Assembly: GCF_000007005.1 (NCBI RefSeq)
Contig: NC_002754.1
Reading direction: 5' to 3' (one strand)
Length of the DNA: 64,000 nucleotides
From: Saccharolobus solfataricus P2
GTDB taxonomy: Archaea; Thermoproteota; Thermoprotei_A; Sulfolobales; Sulfolobaceae
Below the pieces are notes generated by a model. The model was not told where the DNA came from. It was given only the letters and a program-made list of their open reading frames with translations, and made no database searches. A program made the position numbers and the translations under genes. Of this stretch, positions 30,579 to 43,180 are shown piece by piece (the first letter of the stretch is position 1; every line of letters begins with the position of its first letter).

Positions 30579-30983
30579 GTGCTAAAGCTTTCCGATTATT
30601 ACGAGAAGTTAAGGAAGTTTAACTGGGCTTCATACGACGTTTACTATGCAATATTATTTGGTTCGTTGGCTAAAAAGGGAGAGGGAAATGATTTGGATAT
30701 TGCTGTTGAATTTAAGAGGAAGAGTTTAGAGGCATATTCTAAATTATATTCGGACTTAGTTGACTACCTAGGAATTGAAGAAGTTGACTTAGCCATTATT
30801 ACTGATGAAACTGATTGCTTCTTTATCCACGAAGTTTTCAATAATTCTCTGATCCTGCATTTAGAGGATTATATAAGGATGCATAGAAGAGTCATAATAT
30901 GTGAAGACTTTTTAATTGACGTAAAGAAGTTGAATACTATTGAAAACTCAGCAAGAGCGTTGTTGAGAAAATGGAACTTATAA
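30579..30983 (+). CDS. Minimal nucleotidyltransferase (MNT antitoxin)
   Basis: LFGSLAKKGEGNDLDIAV (GS-x10-DxD), VDLA; overlaps the HEPN gene. Confidence 0.85.
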   Translation: MLKLSDYYEKLRKFNWASYDVYYAILFGSLAKKGEGNDLDIAVEFKRKSLEAYSKLYSDLVDYLGIEEVDLAIITDETDCFFIHEVFNNSLILHLEDYIRMHRRVIICEDFLIDVKKLNTIENSARALLRKWNL

Positions 30984-31376
30984 ATAAATTTCTATTTGTT
31001 ATTGAAGATATTACAAGAAAATTAGATGAGTTCGTTAATGAAGGATACAATCTTAACTCCTTAAGAGATCAAATGACTTCACTTGTTGCAAATCCAGATA
31101 CAATCTTTCCTCGACTTCTGCCAAGTCATTCTTTCGATGTTAGGGATTTCTTGTAAAGGATATAAGGACTGTGTGAGAAGGCTTAAGGAAAATGAGCTCA
31201 TTGGTGAAGATGAGGAGAAATTCCTTATTGCTGTTGTTGGATTTAGGAATATAATTGTTCATGAGTATAGTGATATAGATCTTAGCATAGTTGAAGAAAT
31301 TTTGAAGGAGAGAAAATATAGAAAAATACTACAAATTTCTCTTAAAATAAAACAGAAGATTTCCGAAGTACACTAA
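30971..31376 (+). pseudogene. HEPN/DUF86 toxin, frameshifted near 31080
   Basis: N-terminal part in ORF 30971..31156; C-terminal part with FRNIIVHEY (R-x4-H) in ORF 31083..31376. Confidence 0.8.
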
Positions 31377-31812
31377 AAATTATCTATAATATAGTAAGTT
31401 TAATATTAATTATATGTAATTGAATTCTAAGTAAAAGAGAACGATTTATTAAAAAGCTATAGGTTAGGATACTCTTTAATAGTTTTTAACATAATGTGGT
31501 AGGAGAGAATTTCACGTCATTTTTTTGAGCAAGATTAGAATTATGAAGAAAGAAGCCTATCAAGAAACAGAATTACTTCCACCTTACTGACGACATTATA
31601 ACAACAAATATGTAATTTTAACGTAGTTTAAATATTTTTATCAATTTCACTACCTTTTCTAAACATCTTTCAACGAACCTCAATAGTCCCTCAACGGTGT
31701 TGAAGTTAAGGGACTCCAATATTCCTTAACCGAGTTAGCAAACGAAGAGAAGAGCACTATATCTAAACACATTAGATTTTTAATTACATATGGGCATTCA
31801 TTATATGAGAGA

Positions 31813-32394
31813 ATGTTAGTATACGTTTTTTGGCATCAGAGGGCTAAAGAATTTCCAGCTAAGGAATATGAGGGTTCGCTGTTGAACTTTCATGACTACT
31901 TTAATAAAAAAGCTAAGGTTGAGGGTTATCTAGGATCCCTTGTAGTAAAGGTAGATCATGTACCTTGGATTGAAGGAGAAGTTTATGAAGATTGGTATTT
32001 CATGGAGTCCTCCAAAACATTGGACTTACTTAATAATATAATAATAGAATCAAATGATATAAAAACAGTTCATGATTCTATTGCAAAGATGGCTAGAAAT
32101 GGTAAGGGTGGATTATATAGACTCCTAAACGGCGAGCCGTCATCTCCGTCTTATAGATATGGTTATTGGATATCTAAACCAATCGGTATGAGGTATGAGG
32201 ACTTCTATACTGAGATTAAACCTTTTTCGCAAAATTTATGGAGAAGGCAATTAGCCATGGGTCCCCTTAGCGAATTCTGTATATTTTCAAATGAATATTT
32301 TAAAGTTTCAGCAAAATATTCTCCAATTTATCAGCAAAGAATTTTATTATACTCTAATGACAAAGAAAAAACAAACCTCGCCCCTTCTCGCTAG
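31813..32394 (+). CDS. Hypothetical protein
   Basis: 193-aa ORF with normal codon style and upstream AT-rich promoter-like DNA. Confidence 0.7.
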   Translation: MLVYVFWHQRAKEFPAKEYEGSLLNFHDYFNKKAKVEGYLGSLVVKVDHVPWIEGEVYEDWYFMESSKTLDLLNNIIIESNDIKTVHDSIAKMARNGKGGLYRLLNGEPSSPSYRYGYWISKPIGMRYEDFYTEIKPFSQNLWRRQLAMGPLSEFCIFSNEYFKVSAKYSPIYQQRILLYSNDKEKTNLAPSR

Positions 32395-32757
32395 ATCTAA
32401 AATCATATTATTAAAAATAATAGTTTTCCGTTAGTAACTAATTATCGCATATTATATGGTTATTTTACTTAATTATATCAAAATTTATAGAAAATCTCAA
32501 TGTTATAGTAATATTTTTTATAATTATTATCATAAAAAGTCTAAAATTTGTGAAACACCACTGGTTATTGGGTATGACATATATTAAAAATAACATTAAA
32601 TTCAGAGAAAGCTCATTTTATTTATATTATTAGATACATAAAATTGTATTTTGTGTTATCCATGATAAGTGTAATGGAATAAATTCTCGTATATTTAAAA
32701 ATATAATATAATAATCTCAGCTGACTTAATATTTTTAGAAAGATTTTAAGTCAACCG

Positions 32758-32860
32758 AATGGGGCGGAGAAGGATGAACGGAGCAGTCCGTGACTTTGGT
32801 GAAGCCCAAGGGCTGAGGATTGATATTAAATATCATGAAATCCTATGAAGCTTAAACCCC
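32758..32860 (+). repeat. Orphan copy of the IS607 tnpB 3' end/right end (omegaRNA region)
   Basis: 92/103 nt identical to 25302-25404 by manual alignment; no tnpB or tnpA upstream. Confidence 0.85.
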
Positions 32861-32864
32861 TAAA

Positions 32865-33365
32865 CTAAATTGGTATACCTCCCTGATACTTGCCACTATA
32901 GATTCTTTCAGTTCTCTGATCTAATTCTAAAAATATTAAATGATGAGTGCTAATTCCCTTAGCTAAAGAAGAATTATAGACAGAAGTTATAGCTAAGTAA
33001 ATCTTTCCCTTATATCCGGCATCAATAACAGTAGGAGGAGCCAGAAAACCATTCCTAGCCATAGTACTTTTTAAGGTTATTAACACCGCTAAGTTCTCTG
33101 GCATGTTAAACTCCTCACATGATTCGAATAGGTAAGTCTTAAGGGGCGATAGATCAGCTACCTCTTTAAAGGGTATTTCCCTAATTTTAGCCTTTATAGC
33201 AGGTAATTGTGCACCTTCCTCAACTACATAATATTTATCTCCACATATTCTCAAATCATACCCATTTTCTCTGACGTTTTCCTCAACGTAGTTTATTATC
33301 ACTTTACCTAATAATTTTTTAATTGACTGATGAGAGAGAATCATTTCAGAGAATAGGTTTGACAT
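32865..33365 (-). CDS. dcd: dCTP deaminase / dUTPase family protein
   Basis: [33 protein letters not shown] motifs. Confidence 0.88.
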   Translation of the reverse strand: MSNLFSEMILSHQSIKKLLGKVIINYVEENVRENGYDLRICGDKYYVVEEGAQLPAIKAKIREIPFKEVADLSPLKTYLFESCEEFNMPENLAVLITLKSTMARNGFLAPPTVIDAGYKGKIYLAITSVYNSSLAKGISTHHLIFLELDQRTERIYSGKYQGGIPI

Positions 33366-33420
33366 GAAACTTATAAGGAAATTGCCTCCAAAAATTCCGT
33401 GGAATACCCATATTTTTACA

Positions 33421-34587
33421 TTATAGTTTTATATCCTTAAGCTTTGGATGTAGTAACCAAGAAATCAAAACGAGGGACATTCCAACAATACCAACTATTA
33501 TATAATATACTACGTTAATAGTTATTAGATATTGACCGAGAAGTATTAAGAATATCTCAACTGAACTCGTAACTAAAACATCTAATCCCAATACACTCCC
33601 CAAGAACTCATCACCAACGCTTTGTTTTATTGTAGCCATTACGTAATTCTCAACAATTCCGCTTCCAAATCCATAAAGCAATACAGATATTAGTAAAACA
33701 TATGGCGACGGATATAATAATACTAAATAGAATAAGAAACCACTTAGTATATAAGTGGAGACTATCTTAATGGGATCTTTGATTCTGGTCATTACAAAAC
33801 TGGCAATTACTAATATGCCATATAATACTGTTTGGCTTAAACTATATATTTCCTCAGTGCCGTGATACACTATAATTAGTAGCGGTAATAGGTAGTTTAT
33901 GGAGTAAGTCAGACCATCAGTAACTGAATATAATAATATTATCCCTCTAATTCTTTCGTCCTTCCTAAAGAAGTCTATTGCAGTACTTAATTTAACTCTC
34001 TTGCTACCACCGCCTATATTAAACCCTTTTAATAGTGCCAACCCAATAAGTCCTAATATACCAGCAAGGAATAGGTCATAGGCGCTAATCAATTGATATA
34101 TTAAATACCAAACAGCGCCAGATGCTACTCTGGAAGCCATTGAGATAATTCTTATGTAAAATATTGCCTTAGCCCTTACTTGTTCTGGAACCACAGCGTA
34201 ATAGGCAACGTAGCCAACATTATTTGATAACTCCACAATTATTGTCCTAATGTAGTAAATTCCAAATATCAATGGTATAGAGTGATAGATGAAAGCAAAA
34301 GTTAAAGGAAAAAGTAATATTCCGGAAATTCCCCTAGTTATGTAAAATAGTTTAGCCCTATCATATTTATCGGATATGTAACCCATAAGGTACGATACGA
34401 AGACTCTCACTAACGGTCTGGCTATCACTCCTAATCCAAATAGAGTTATCTCTTGCCGAAATAGGAGAATGAAGAACCAATACGTAGTTAATTCGTTTTG
34501 TATAAAGGAAAATCCCGCAAAGACACTAAAAATAGTAAACTTTGTAAACTGTTTGTAGTGAAAAGGGGATGACACAAGAACATACAT
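33421..34587 (-). CDS. MFS transporter
   Basis: Multiple TM segments; GYISDKYDR motif-A variant. Confidence 0.85.
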   Translation of the reverse strand: MYVLVSSPFHYKQFTKFTIFSVFAGFSFIQNELTTYWFFILLFRQEITLFGLGVIARPLVRVFVSYLMGYISDKYDRAKLFYITRGISGILLFPLTFAFIYHSIPLIFGIYYIRTIIVELSNNVGYVAYYAVVPEQVRAKAIFYIRIISMASRVASGAVWYLIYQLISAYDLFLAGILGLIGLALLKGFNIGGGSKRVKLSTAIDFFRKDERIRGIILLYSVTDGLTYSINYLLPLLIIVYHGTEEIYSLSQTVLYGILVIASFVMTRIKDPIKIVSTYILSGFLFYLVLLYPSPYVLLISVLLYGFGSGIVENYVMATIKQSVGDEFLGSVLGLDVLVTSSVEIFLILLGQYLITINVVYYIIVGIVGMSLVLISWLLHPKLKDIKL

Positions 34588-34660
34588 AAAAATATATTAA
34601 TAAATATTAGTAAGATAAAGAAGCATAATTAGCAAGTTAGTTTATCTTGTTCTGACCTCC

Positions 34661-34816
34661 TTTATATAAAACATATTAGTCAGATCTGCGTAATACAGAT
34701 CTGACTGGGGGTTGAGGCCGTTGACTCCTTTGGGCTTAGAGCTCGACGGTGAGCTTGACCTCCTCCAATTCAGACCGAAAGTTGGGCTTGAAGCCCGAAT
34801 AAGGGTGAGTACACAT
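34661..34816 (-). mobile_element. IS110-family non-coding end (candidate bridge/seek RNA region), truncated by ISC1212
   Basis: Homologous to 26456-26541; hairpins GTCAGATCTG/CAGATCTGAC and GGGCTT-GA-AGCCC; IS110 assignment from recall. Confidence 0.6.
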
Positions 34817-36031
34817 GACGTTGTCCGATTTGAGCAAAATTAAAAACCATTATAATTACAGCATTTCATATTATACTATTCTTCATTATATTTAAGTATA
34901 AAGAATAATATAATATGTATTAATAAGGGAAAATACAGATAATTGTACAGTTTTGCAATAAAATTTACCATAACAACAAGTAAACACGTAAACGAACCTC
35001 GTTAATTAACGAGTACCTTCGTCCTAATCCTCGTCGAAAGAATTTCGAGATCACGATAGAAGTTAAGGAAGAATACCTCCATAACCACTCCCCTTAAGGT
35101 TGTAGACGAAGCCTTACCTTCCCTAATCTTAACACCACTACCCTCAACCGGAAGTCTAGCACTACCAACATCCTTAACTAAGACGTCCTCCCTAAAAATC
35201 CAAGCCCTATCGGCCATTAACTTAACGTTTATCAAATGAAAAGGCTAGATCACTCAAATTGGCCAATCCAACCTTGAAGTCCCTAACGAAATTAGTCCTC
35301 CTTTCCACAGATTACAGACCTTTAAACCCGAAGTAGGACTTACCGTGCTTCCTACCCAAACTACCCTTATACTTCCTAAAGGCTGTGAAAGTTCTTGAGC
35401 TTGGAAGTAGTATAACCCATGAGGAGAAAAACGTCATTGAACCCCATCTCCTTAAGGTCAAGTGAGATCTTCTCAAGACCGTTTTGAAGACTCCTCTTTC
35501 CGGGGTAGGCCTCACGGAAGAATATGTCAATTATGTGGTAGTACTCGAACCTATCGTTTTTTTCTCTCCCAACTTCAAGTTCAAAGCCCTTTTCCCTATA
35601 CTCGCTGATCACCTTGTCCAAAGCCTTGTTTAACTCATCCATTAGTGTTGTTCTCATTGTCTCGCCCTCTTGAATAACTGTTTGTTGAAGTTTCTTGTAG
35701 AAGAAGAATACTGTGCTCTTTGGTGGAACTTTCCCGCCCAAGAAGTCCATAAACCTCTTACTGTCCCTAATTTCTCCCTCCAAGTTATTCCAAGAGATGT
35801 CGAAAACGAACTTGATTAGGAGGACTTTGAGGAGTGAGATGACGTTCCACTTGGGCTTCTTGGAGTAAAGAGACTTAAGCTTACTCCTAAACGTTTCCCA
35901 AGGGAAGGATTTATCCACCTTGAGTAAGAGGTCCTTTTCAGTTGAAATTGCCTTTACCATAATATTATCTCATTCTAATTTCTTATTAATATTACTCATG
36001 AATTGCCATTTTAATCAACTTGGATAACGTC
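34817..36031 (-). mobile_element. ISC1212-like element, copy 2, frameshifted
   Basis: 1215 bp; same TIRs as 609-1821; flanks ACAT / ACGT differ; ORF pieces 35376..35960 and 35002..35235. Confidence 0.87.
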
Positions 36032-36356
36032 ACGTAGTTATCATGAGGGGATTGCGAGTAAGTACTTTAGAATAGGGTAGTTTACTTGCATGATGGTTTA
36101 TCAGTTTGCAATGCCTTTGATTGGTTTAATGTTGGGCACAAGAGGGTCACGTTAGGCGATTACACTGAACAAGGGTTTAGGAAATTAAAGCATAGAGTCT
36201 CTTCAATGGACTTCGCTTGTAATTCCAATAAGTTAATGAGTTGGCTCTCGACCTTCTTCTTAATCTACAACCTCCTTTACATTCAAGTGTATTTAGTGGA
36301 TAAGGGAGTGATGATAAATGCAAACATTTCAACTACATGAAATTGTTGTCCACACT
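36032..36356 (+). mobile_element. IS6-family (ISC774-like) 3' remnant
   Basis: HDG...EQGFRKLKHRVSSMD in ORF 36086..36340; ends AAATTGTTGTCCACAC, a TIR-like sequence. Confidence 0.6.
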
Positions 36357-36462
36357 CAGAAATGATGGGCGATTCATGTTTCCTTTACGAATTCAATTTG
36401 TTTCTCTAAAAATAGATAAGAATAATTGATTCTACATTTAGGGTAATGCTAATAATTTGAAG

Positions 36463-37857
36463 TATAGTCTTTTTCATATTAGGCACCACATGCTCCGCCT
36501 CTAACAAAGTGACCGTAGCAGATCGGGATTCTCTGCCACCGTAGGAGTTGCAAAGGGGACTAGAAGGGATTATCAAACTTAGTGAGGAGATGCTGGGTTG
36601 AACGAGTAGCGTCCTAAGCACATCCATTTTCCAGCATCTCCCCAAAACATATTAGACAAAAAAAGAATTATTAAAGATAAATGGGTGTGCTTAGGACACT
36701 AAAAAGGAGGATCAGAAAGCTGATCGAAAAGAAGCCCAAGAACCTAAACGAAACCAAATCAAGAGGAATATTACTATACTTGGAAGGAATGAACACTAGA
36801 AAAATAGCCAAGATACTACAAGTACACTTGAGCACAGTTTACAGACGGATCAACCAATTCGAGAAAGAAGGAGAGAAATGCCTATTCTACAAGGAGAGAA
36901 AAGGAAGAAACAAGAAGATGGACGAAAAGGAGATAAAAGTAGAAGAACTTCAAGAAACCATATGGGAAGCAAAGGCTTATATAGAGGAGAAGTTTCACGT
37001 TAAATTAAGCTACGTAACAGCTTGGAGAATAGCTAGGAAAAGATTGAAAATCCCCTACATATAACAAGAAGAGGCCCTTTAACGCAGATAACATCTTGAG
37101 GGAGAGGTTAAAGGGTGTTATTAAGAAGGGTGTTAAGGTGTTTTTCACGGATGAGTCAGGTATTCATCACGATCCTTCCAAGGTTAGGAGATTGGGGTTG
37201 TATAATGTTCCCGTTGATTATCCCAGTAGGAAGCTTAATGTTCTCGCTTCTATTCCCTTGTTTGACGGTGTTCCTTGTTTCATGTCCACCTATTCCAATG
37301 TTAATTTCAAGATCTTTGCTGAGTTTCTTCGCTTGTTTAGGAATTCCGGTCCTATCGTGTTGATCCTTGATAGTGCTAAGTTTCACAAGAATGCTTATGT
37401 TTTCTCCGTTGCTTCTCAGCTCGGCATTACCTTGCTTTTCTTACCTCCGTATTCTCCGGATTTGAATCCGATTGAGTTTGGAGGGACTTGGTTCGTGGGT
37501 TAATACTTATTATAATCTTGAATACACTCTTGATTCGATGGAGGAGGAGTTCTATTATTTGTTTTTGACGCATGATTATACAAGCTATTGGGTTAATAAG
37601 TTTCGTGACGTGCTCGAGAAACTGGAGGAAGAGGTTAGTATGAAACAATTTTTATCGATTCTCCTTTATTATTTATTCTCAAATTCTATCAAGTTTAATT
37701 CATTAACTATTCAGACTTATTCGAGTGTTCTTCTATATTTTGTATTGGGAAATATTAATTTCTCCTTCGCATCTCCTACGGTGGCAGAGAATCCCGATCT
37801 GCTACGGTCACTTTGTTAGAGGCGGAGCATGTAGTGCCTATTAAGAAAAAGACTATA
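36463..37857 (+). mobile_element. ISC1395-like IS630 element with about 87-bp TIRs, degenerate transposase
   Basis: 1395 bp including the flanking TAs; TIRs 36465-36551 / 37769-37855; orfA 36681..37064, orfB 37096..37503 (FTDES, ILDSA, LPPYSPDLNPIE). Confidence 0.82.
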
Positions 37858-37906
37858 TTTAGATTTTTGACTACCTAAGAAGTAAGATGAAAAGTATTAT
37901 ATGTAT

Positions 37907-38938
37907 TCAAATTTTTAAATTTTTATTATAAAAATTTACTTTATTTATCGTGTAATAGACTTTAGCAAGGGCTATGCGTTTTAAAAGTTTGGCGAAATTT
38001 CCTCTAACTGGTAATCCCATAAACACTCCCATAAAGTTGTTATCGATATCTACTATATCTCCTAAAGGCATTGGCTTAAATTTTTCATCTCTACCTTCAA
38101 TTGCATTTAGTATTGCGTGGACACCAGATTGCATGGAAATTTCTGCGTTCGAAGGGTAAAATGTGGACGCACATACACCAGCTCCATAAACGTCCTTGTA
38201 ATCCACAGAAGATAGATCCTCGTTAACGTTAATCTTTCCATCTTTTAAACTGAGTTTAAGATTTGTTAAAAAATTCGAGCCCTTGATTCCACCTGCATAA
38301 AATATGTGGTCTCCAGAAAACTCTCCTTTACTTGTTATAACAGTTTTACCTCTTATTTCTTCTACGGATGCGTCTAGAATTACTTCAACCCCTAATTCGG
38401 CTAGAATGTTTTCGGCCTTTAAGGAGATCTGGGGAGGCATATGAGGTAATATCCTAGCTCCTCTATTTATCAATATGACTCTTTCTTTCCCTTTTCTTTT
38501 AATTTTGCTCACCAATTCTATCGTACTTCCTACAACTTCGACTCCCAGATCTCCTCCTCCTATTACTATTAAAGTCCTAGCTTTTTCAATTTCATTATGC
38601 ATTTTAATTGCGTCTTCAAAGCTCTCTAGTTTCATAACATGCTCGTTCGCACCTTTTATTTTAGATAGGTCTTGGGAATATCCTAGGGAAATAATTAATT
38701 TATCATAACTAATTTCTCCTTTATTTGTAATTATCTTCTTTTCATTAAATTTTATATTTACAACTTCTGCTACTATGTCAGGTTTTCTATAAACTAGAGC
38801 GCTTTCTCCATCTGCTAAGGTATGTACAATTTTTGGTGTCATTAAAAAATATTCGCTTCTATCTATTAAAATTGCATTAGGATATTTACTTTTAGCTGCG
38901 ATACCAGCAAATCCTCCGCCAACTATTACAACTCTCAC
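37907..38938 (-). CDS. FAD-dependent pyridine nucleotide-disulfide oxidoreductase (NDH-2/SQR-like)
   Basis: IVGGGFAG, YDKLIISLG, IGGGDLGVE. Confidence 0.85.
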   Translation of the reverse strand: MRVVIVGGGFAGIAAKSKYPNAILIDRSEYFLMTPKIVHTLADGESALVYRKPDIVAEVVNIKFNEKKIITNKGEISYDKLIISLGYSQDLSKIKGANEHVMKLESFEDAIKMHNEIEKARTLIVIGGGDLGVEVVGSTIELVSKIKRKGKERVILINRGARILPHMPPQISLKAENILAELGVEVILDASVEEIRGKTVITSKGEFSGDHIFYAGGIKGSNFLTNLKLSLKDGKINVNEDLSSVDYKDVYGAGVCASTFYPSNAEISMQSGVHAILNAIEGRDEKFKPMPLGDIVDIDNNFMGVFMGLPVRGNFAKLLKRIALAKVYYTINKVNFYNKNLKI

Positions 38939-38944
38939 TACTTA

Positions 38945-40603
<1,659 letters not shown>

Positions 40604-41413
40604 ACCTTATCTTATTATAATATAGCTAAAAATCTTATATTTATAACCTAGAAAATGAGAATGATAATCAATAAACTAAATTTTTCATAATATAAAGTAA
40701 ATTTATAGGAAAATATTATAAATTAGAATTTTCCTTTATGTTATAGCTATTTTATACCATTTTTCCTACTTTAGGGAAACTTATTAATTGATTATAGGTA
40801 CAATCTTGGATCTGAATAACGTTGATTACATAGAATTTATATACGTTCTCAAGATAGAAGGAAAAAGTGCATAATGACGTTGTCGCATTATATAACTTAA
40901 AGAAAAAGAAAAGGGGTTATGATAGGAGCCTCCATACCGTTGGGCTCGAAGGTTAATAAAAGGCGGCAGTTTTATATGAGATTTTAACGCATTTTAAAGA
41001 TTTCCATAAGGCCCACTATTTCTACTAAACATTTTTCAATGAATCTTAACATTTACTCTACACTGATAGTTTTAAGGGATAAATATATTTCCATAACCGC
41101 ATTAACTAACTAAAAGGAGAGCCTAACCTTAAAGTTATGAACACTACATTAGCCCTGTTTACCAGCTGAGTTGTCTGTACTTTCATATCTTTTCATTGGG
41201 GGGTCTAGAGAATTTAAATATTTTCTCCATGATAACGGTTTTCTAGTATTACCAAGGGAAAATATGATAACTGTTGTAAAAACTTCACTAAAATAGTAGT
41301 TTCCGTGCCCTTGATAAAGAGACAATCTATTTCCTCTACTAGCGGATTACAACAGTATTCTCTGCTTTGTTTACCTTAGTAATTACGTAAGGCATAAATA
41401 ATTAAATCTAACC

Positions 41414-41995
41414 TCATTTACTCCAAACAAAGAACGAAAATCCGTTCTCCTCTCCATACCAATCTAATTTGAATTTATCTCCTAAATCCTTCTTTATTTT
41501 ACCCCTAAATACTAAAGTATCGATAACTACAAACTTGCCTTTCTCTTTTAACACTCTATGAACCTCATCACTTATCTTAGTCCTACCGTCTTTACCAATA
41601 TTTGATAAAAACATTACACTATACACAAAATCAAAATAAGTATCTTGGTATGATAAAGTGAATTGATCCGTAAACTCCCCTAACGCTATCTTAGCTTTAT
41701 CAATCTCAATATTCTTAATTAAATCATCTCTAGAGACCTTTTTCCAGTCGTCTACTGCATGAAATTCTGCTTCACTTATTAACTTTGATAAGATTACAGT
41801 AATAAGACCATTTCCACAACCTAAATCTAAAATCCTTTTTCCATCTCTTATTAATGGATATAATCTCCTTGCAAGGTAAATCATTTCGTCAATGGATATC
41901 CCCATCCTCATTAGTGGCTTATATCTACTGTCAACGTTCTCTATTCTAATTCCAATCCTCGTGAGTTCTGGATGGGTATTCTCAAACATGCTCAT
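41414..41995 (-). CDS. Class I SAM-dependent methyltransferase
   Basis: ILDLGCGNG, FDFVYS, LKEKGKFVVID. Confidence 0.87.
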   Translation of the reverse strand: MSMFENTHPELTRIGIRIENVDSRYKPLMRMGISIDEMIYLARRLYPLIRDGKRILDLGCGNGLITVILSKLISEAEFHAVDDWKKVSRDDLIKNIEIDKAKIALGEFTDQFTLSYQDTYFDFVYSVMFLSNIGKDGRTKISDEVHRVLKEKGKFVVIDTLVFRGKIKKDLGDKFKLDWYGEENGFSFFVWSK

Positions 41996-42081
41996 TAGAT
42001 AACTTCTCTCTGCATATAAAATAAAGATGACTACTAATGATTTAGGAAAAATTTTTTAGACACACGTTAGTATTATCATTA

Positions 42082-42855
42082 ATGAATAGAAGAAACTTAA
42101 TTACAGCAATAATAGGAATTATTGTAATAGCTACTGGGATCATTGTATACGCTAATCATTTTATAGCTTCTGCTCAACCAATTCCTGCTGGAAAGTTCGT
42201 AAAGATAAGCAATATCGACTTAGCCCCAAAGGGTAAAGTGATAATAGTAGAGCAATCCTGGTATGGCTGTCCAGTAGGTGCTGCGGCTTCTTGGGCAATA
42301 TATGACGTTTTGCAACATTATGGTAATTTAAGCTACGAATTACATTACTCTGACCCGGATCACAATCCCGCTAACATTCCGGGACTAATATTCACCGGTT
42401 TCAATAGCACTTCAGTAGTTGAATTTTACGTAGCGTATGTCTATAACGAATATCTAAACGCTTCATATAACGGTACATTAATTCCTCAAAACGAGTTAAT
42501 ATCGGTTGGCGAACAAATTTTAGAGGAGGAAATTGCAAAAATGGGTTTATCACCACAAGTAGCTCAGTATATTATCCAGTATGAGACGGAAGTGGCAATA
42601 CAACAATATGGAGAGCCTTCAGCACTTTATGTTAAACCTCCTCACCTAAATTTTGCAATACTAATCTCTGGTCCAAATGGTACTTATATTGTGACTACGC
42701 CAATAGTTAATCCCACAATTCTTGAAGGATATACACCAAGTTATGTTCTGAATAATTTAGATCAGTTTCCACAAATAGTTCAAGCAGCTCAAATGATACA
42801 AAACACCATACTGGAAGCTGCGGGACCATTGGCTGGAGAATGTCCAACAATTTAA
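42082..42855 (+). CDS. DUF929-like membrane-anchored exported protein
   Basis: N-terminal TM anchor; WYGCPVGAAASW motif; C-terminal Cys. Confidence 0.75.
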   Translation: MNRRNLITAIIGIIVIATGIIVYANHFIASAQPIPAGKFVKISNIDLAPKGKVIIVEQSWYGCPVGAAASWAIYDVLQHYGNLSYELHYSDPDHNPANIPGLIFTGFNSTSVVEFYVAYVYNEYLNASYNGTLIPQNELISVGEQILEEEIAKMGLSPQVAQYIIQYETEVAIQQYGEPSALYVKPPHLNFAILISGPNGTYIVTTPIVNPTILEGYTPSYVLNNLDQFPQIVQAAQMIQNTILEAAGPLAGECPTI

Positions 42856-42911
42856 AAAAGAACTTTTTTAATATTTAAATAAGAAACTTGATTTAGTAAC
42901 TATTTTTCCCC

Positions 42912-43121
42912 TTAAATTTCCTTTCTAAGCGTAAGTATACTATTTAATATTCTTCTAGCCTCTGTTTGCTCTTCAATCGGCATTTTATCTATGTTTTCAA
43001 TTACGTAATCTATTAATTCTTCTACTCTATCACAAGCTTCACAATCTACACATTTTTTACATTCCTCCGAAAGGGATAAGATTTGAGAATATATTTTCTT
43101 CAACTCAACAACTTTCATCAA
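42912..43121 (-). CDS. Small Cys-cluster protein
   Basis: 69 aa with CKKCVDCEAC. Confidence 0.65.
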   Translation of the reverse strand: MMKVVELKKIYSQILSLSEECKKCVDCEACDRVEELIDYVIENIDKMPIEEQTEARRILNSILTLRKEI

Positions 43122-43180
43122 ATATAAAATATTCTCTTGGTAGTAAATAAACTTTTAATTTCTCTTAAGGAGTTTGTTGT

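Noticed and set aside
32546-32564. Solo ISC1439-like terminal repeat TTTGTGAAACACCACTGG
   Set aside because: No partner end, TSD or transposase remnant found nearby; at most a scar.
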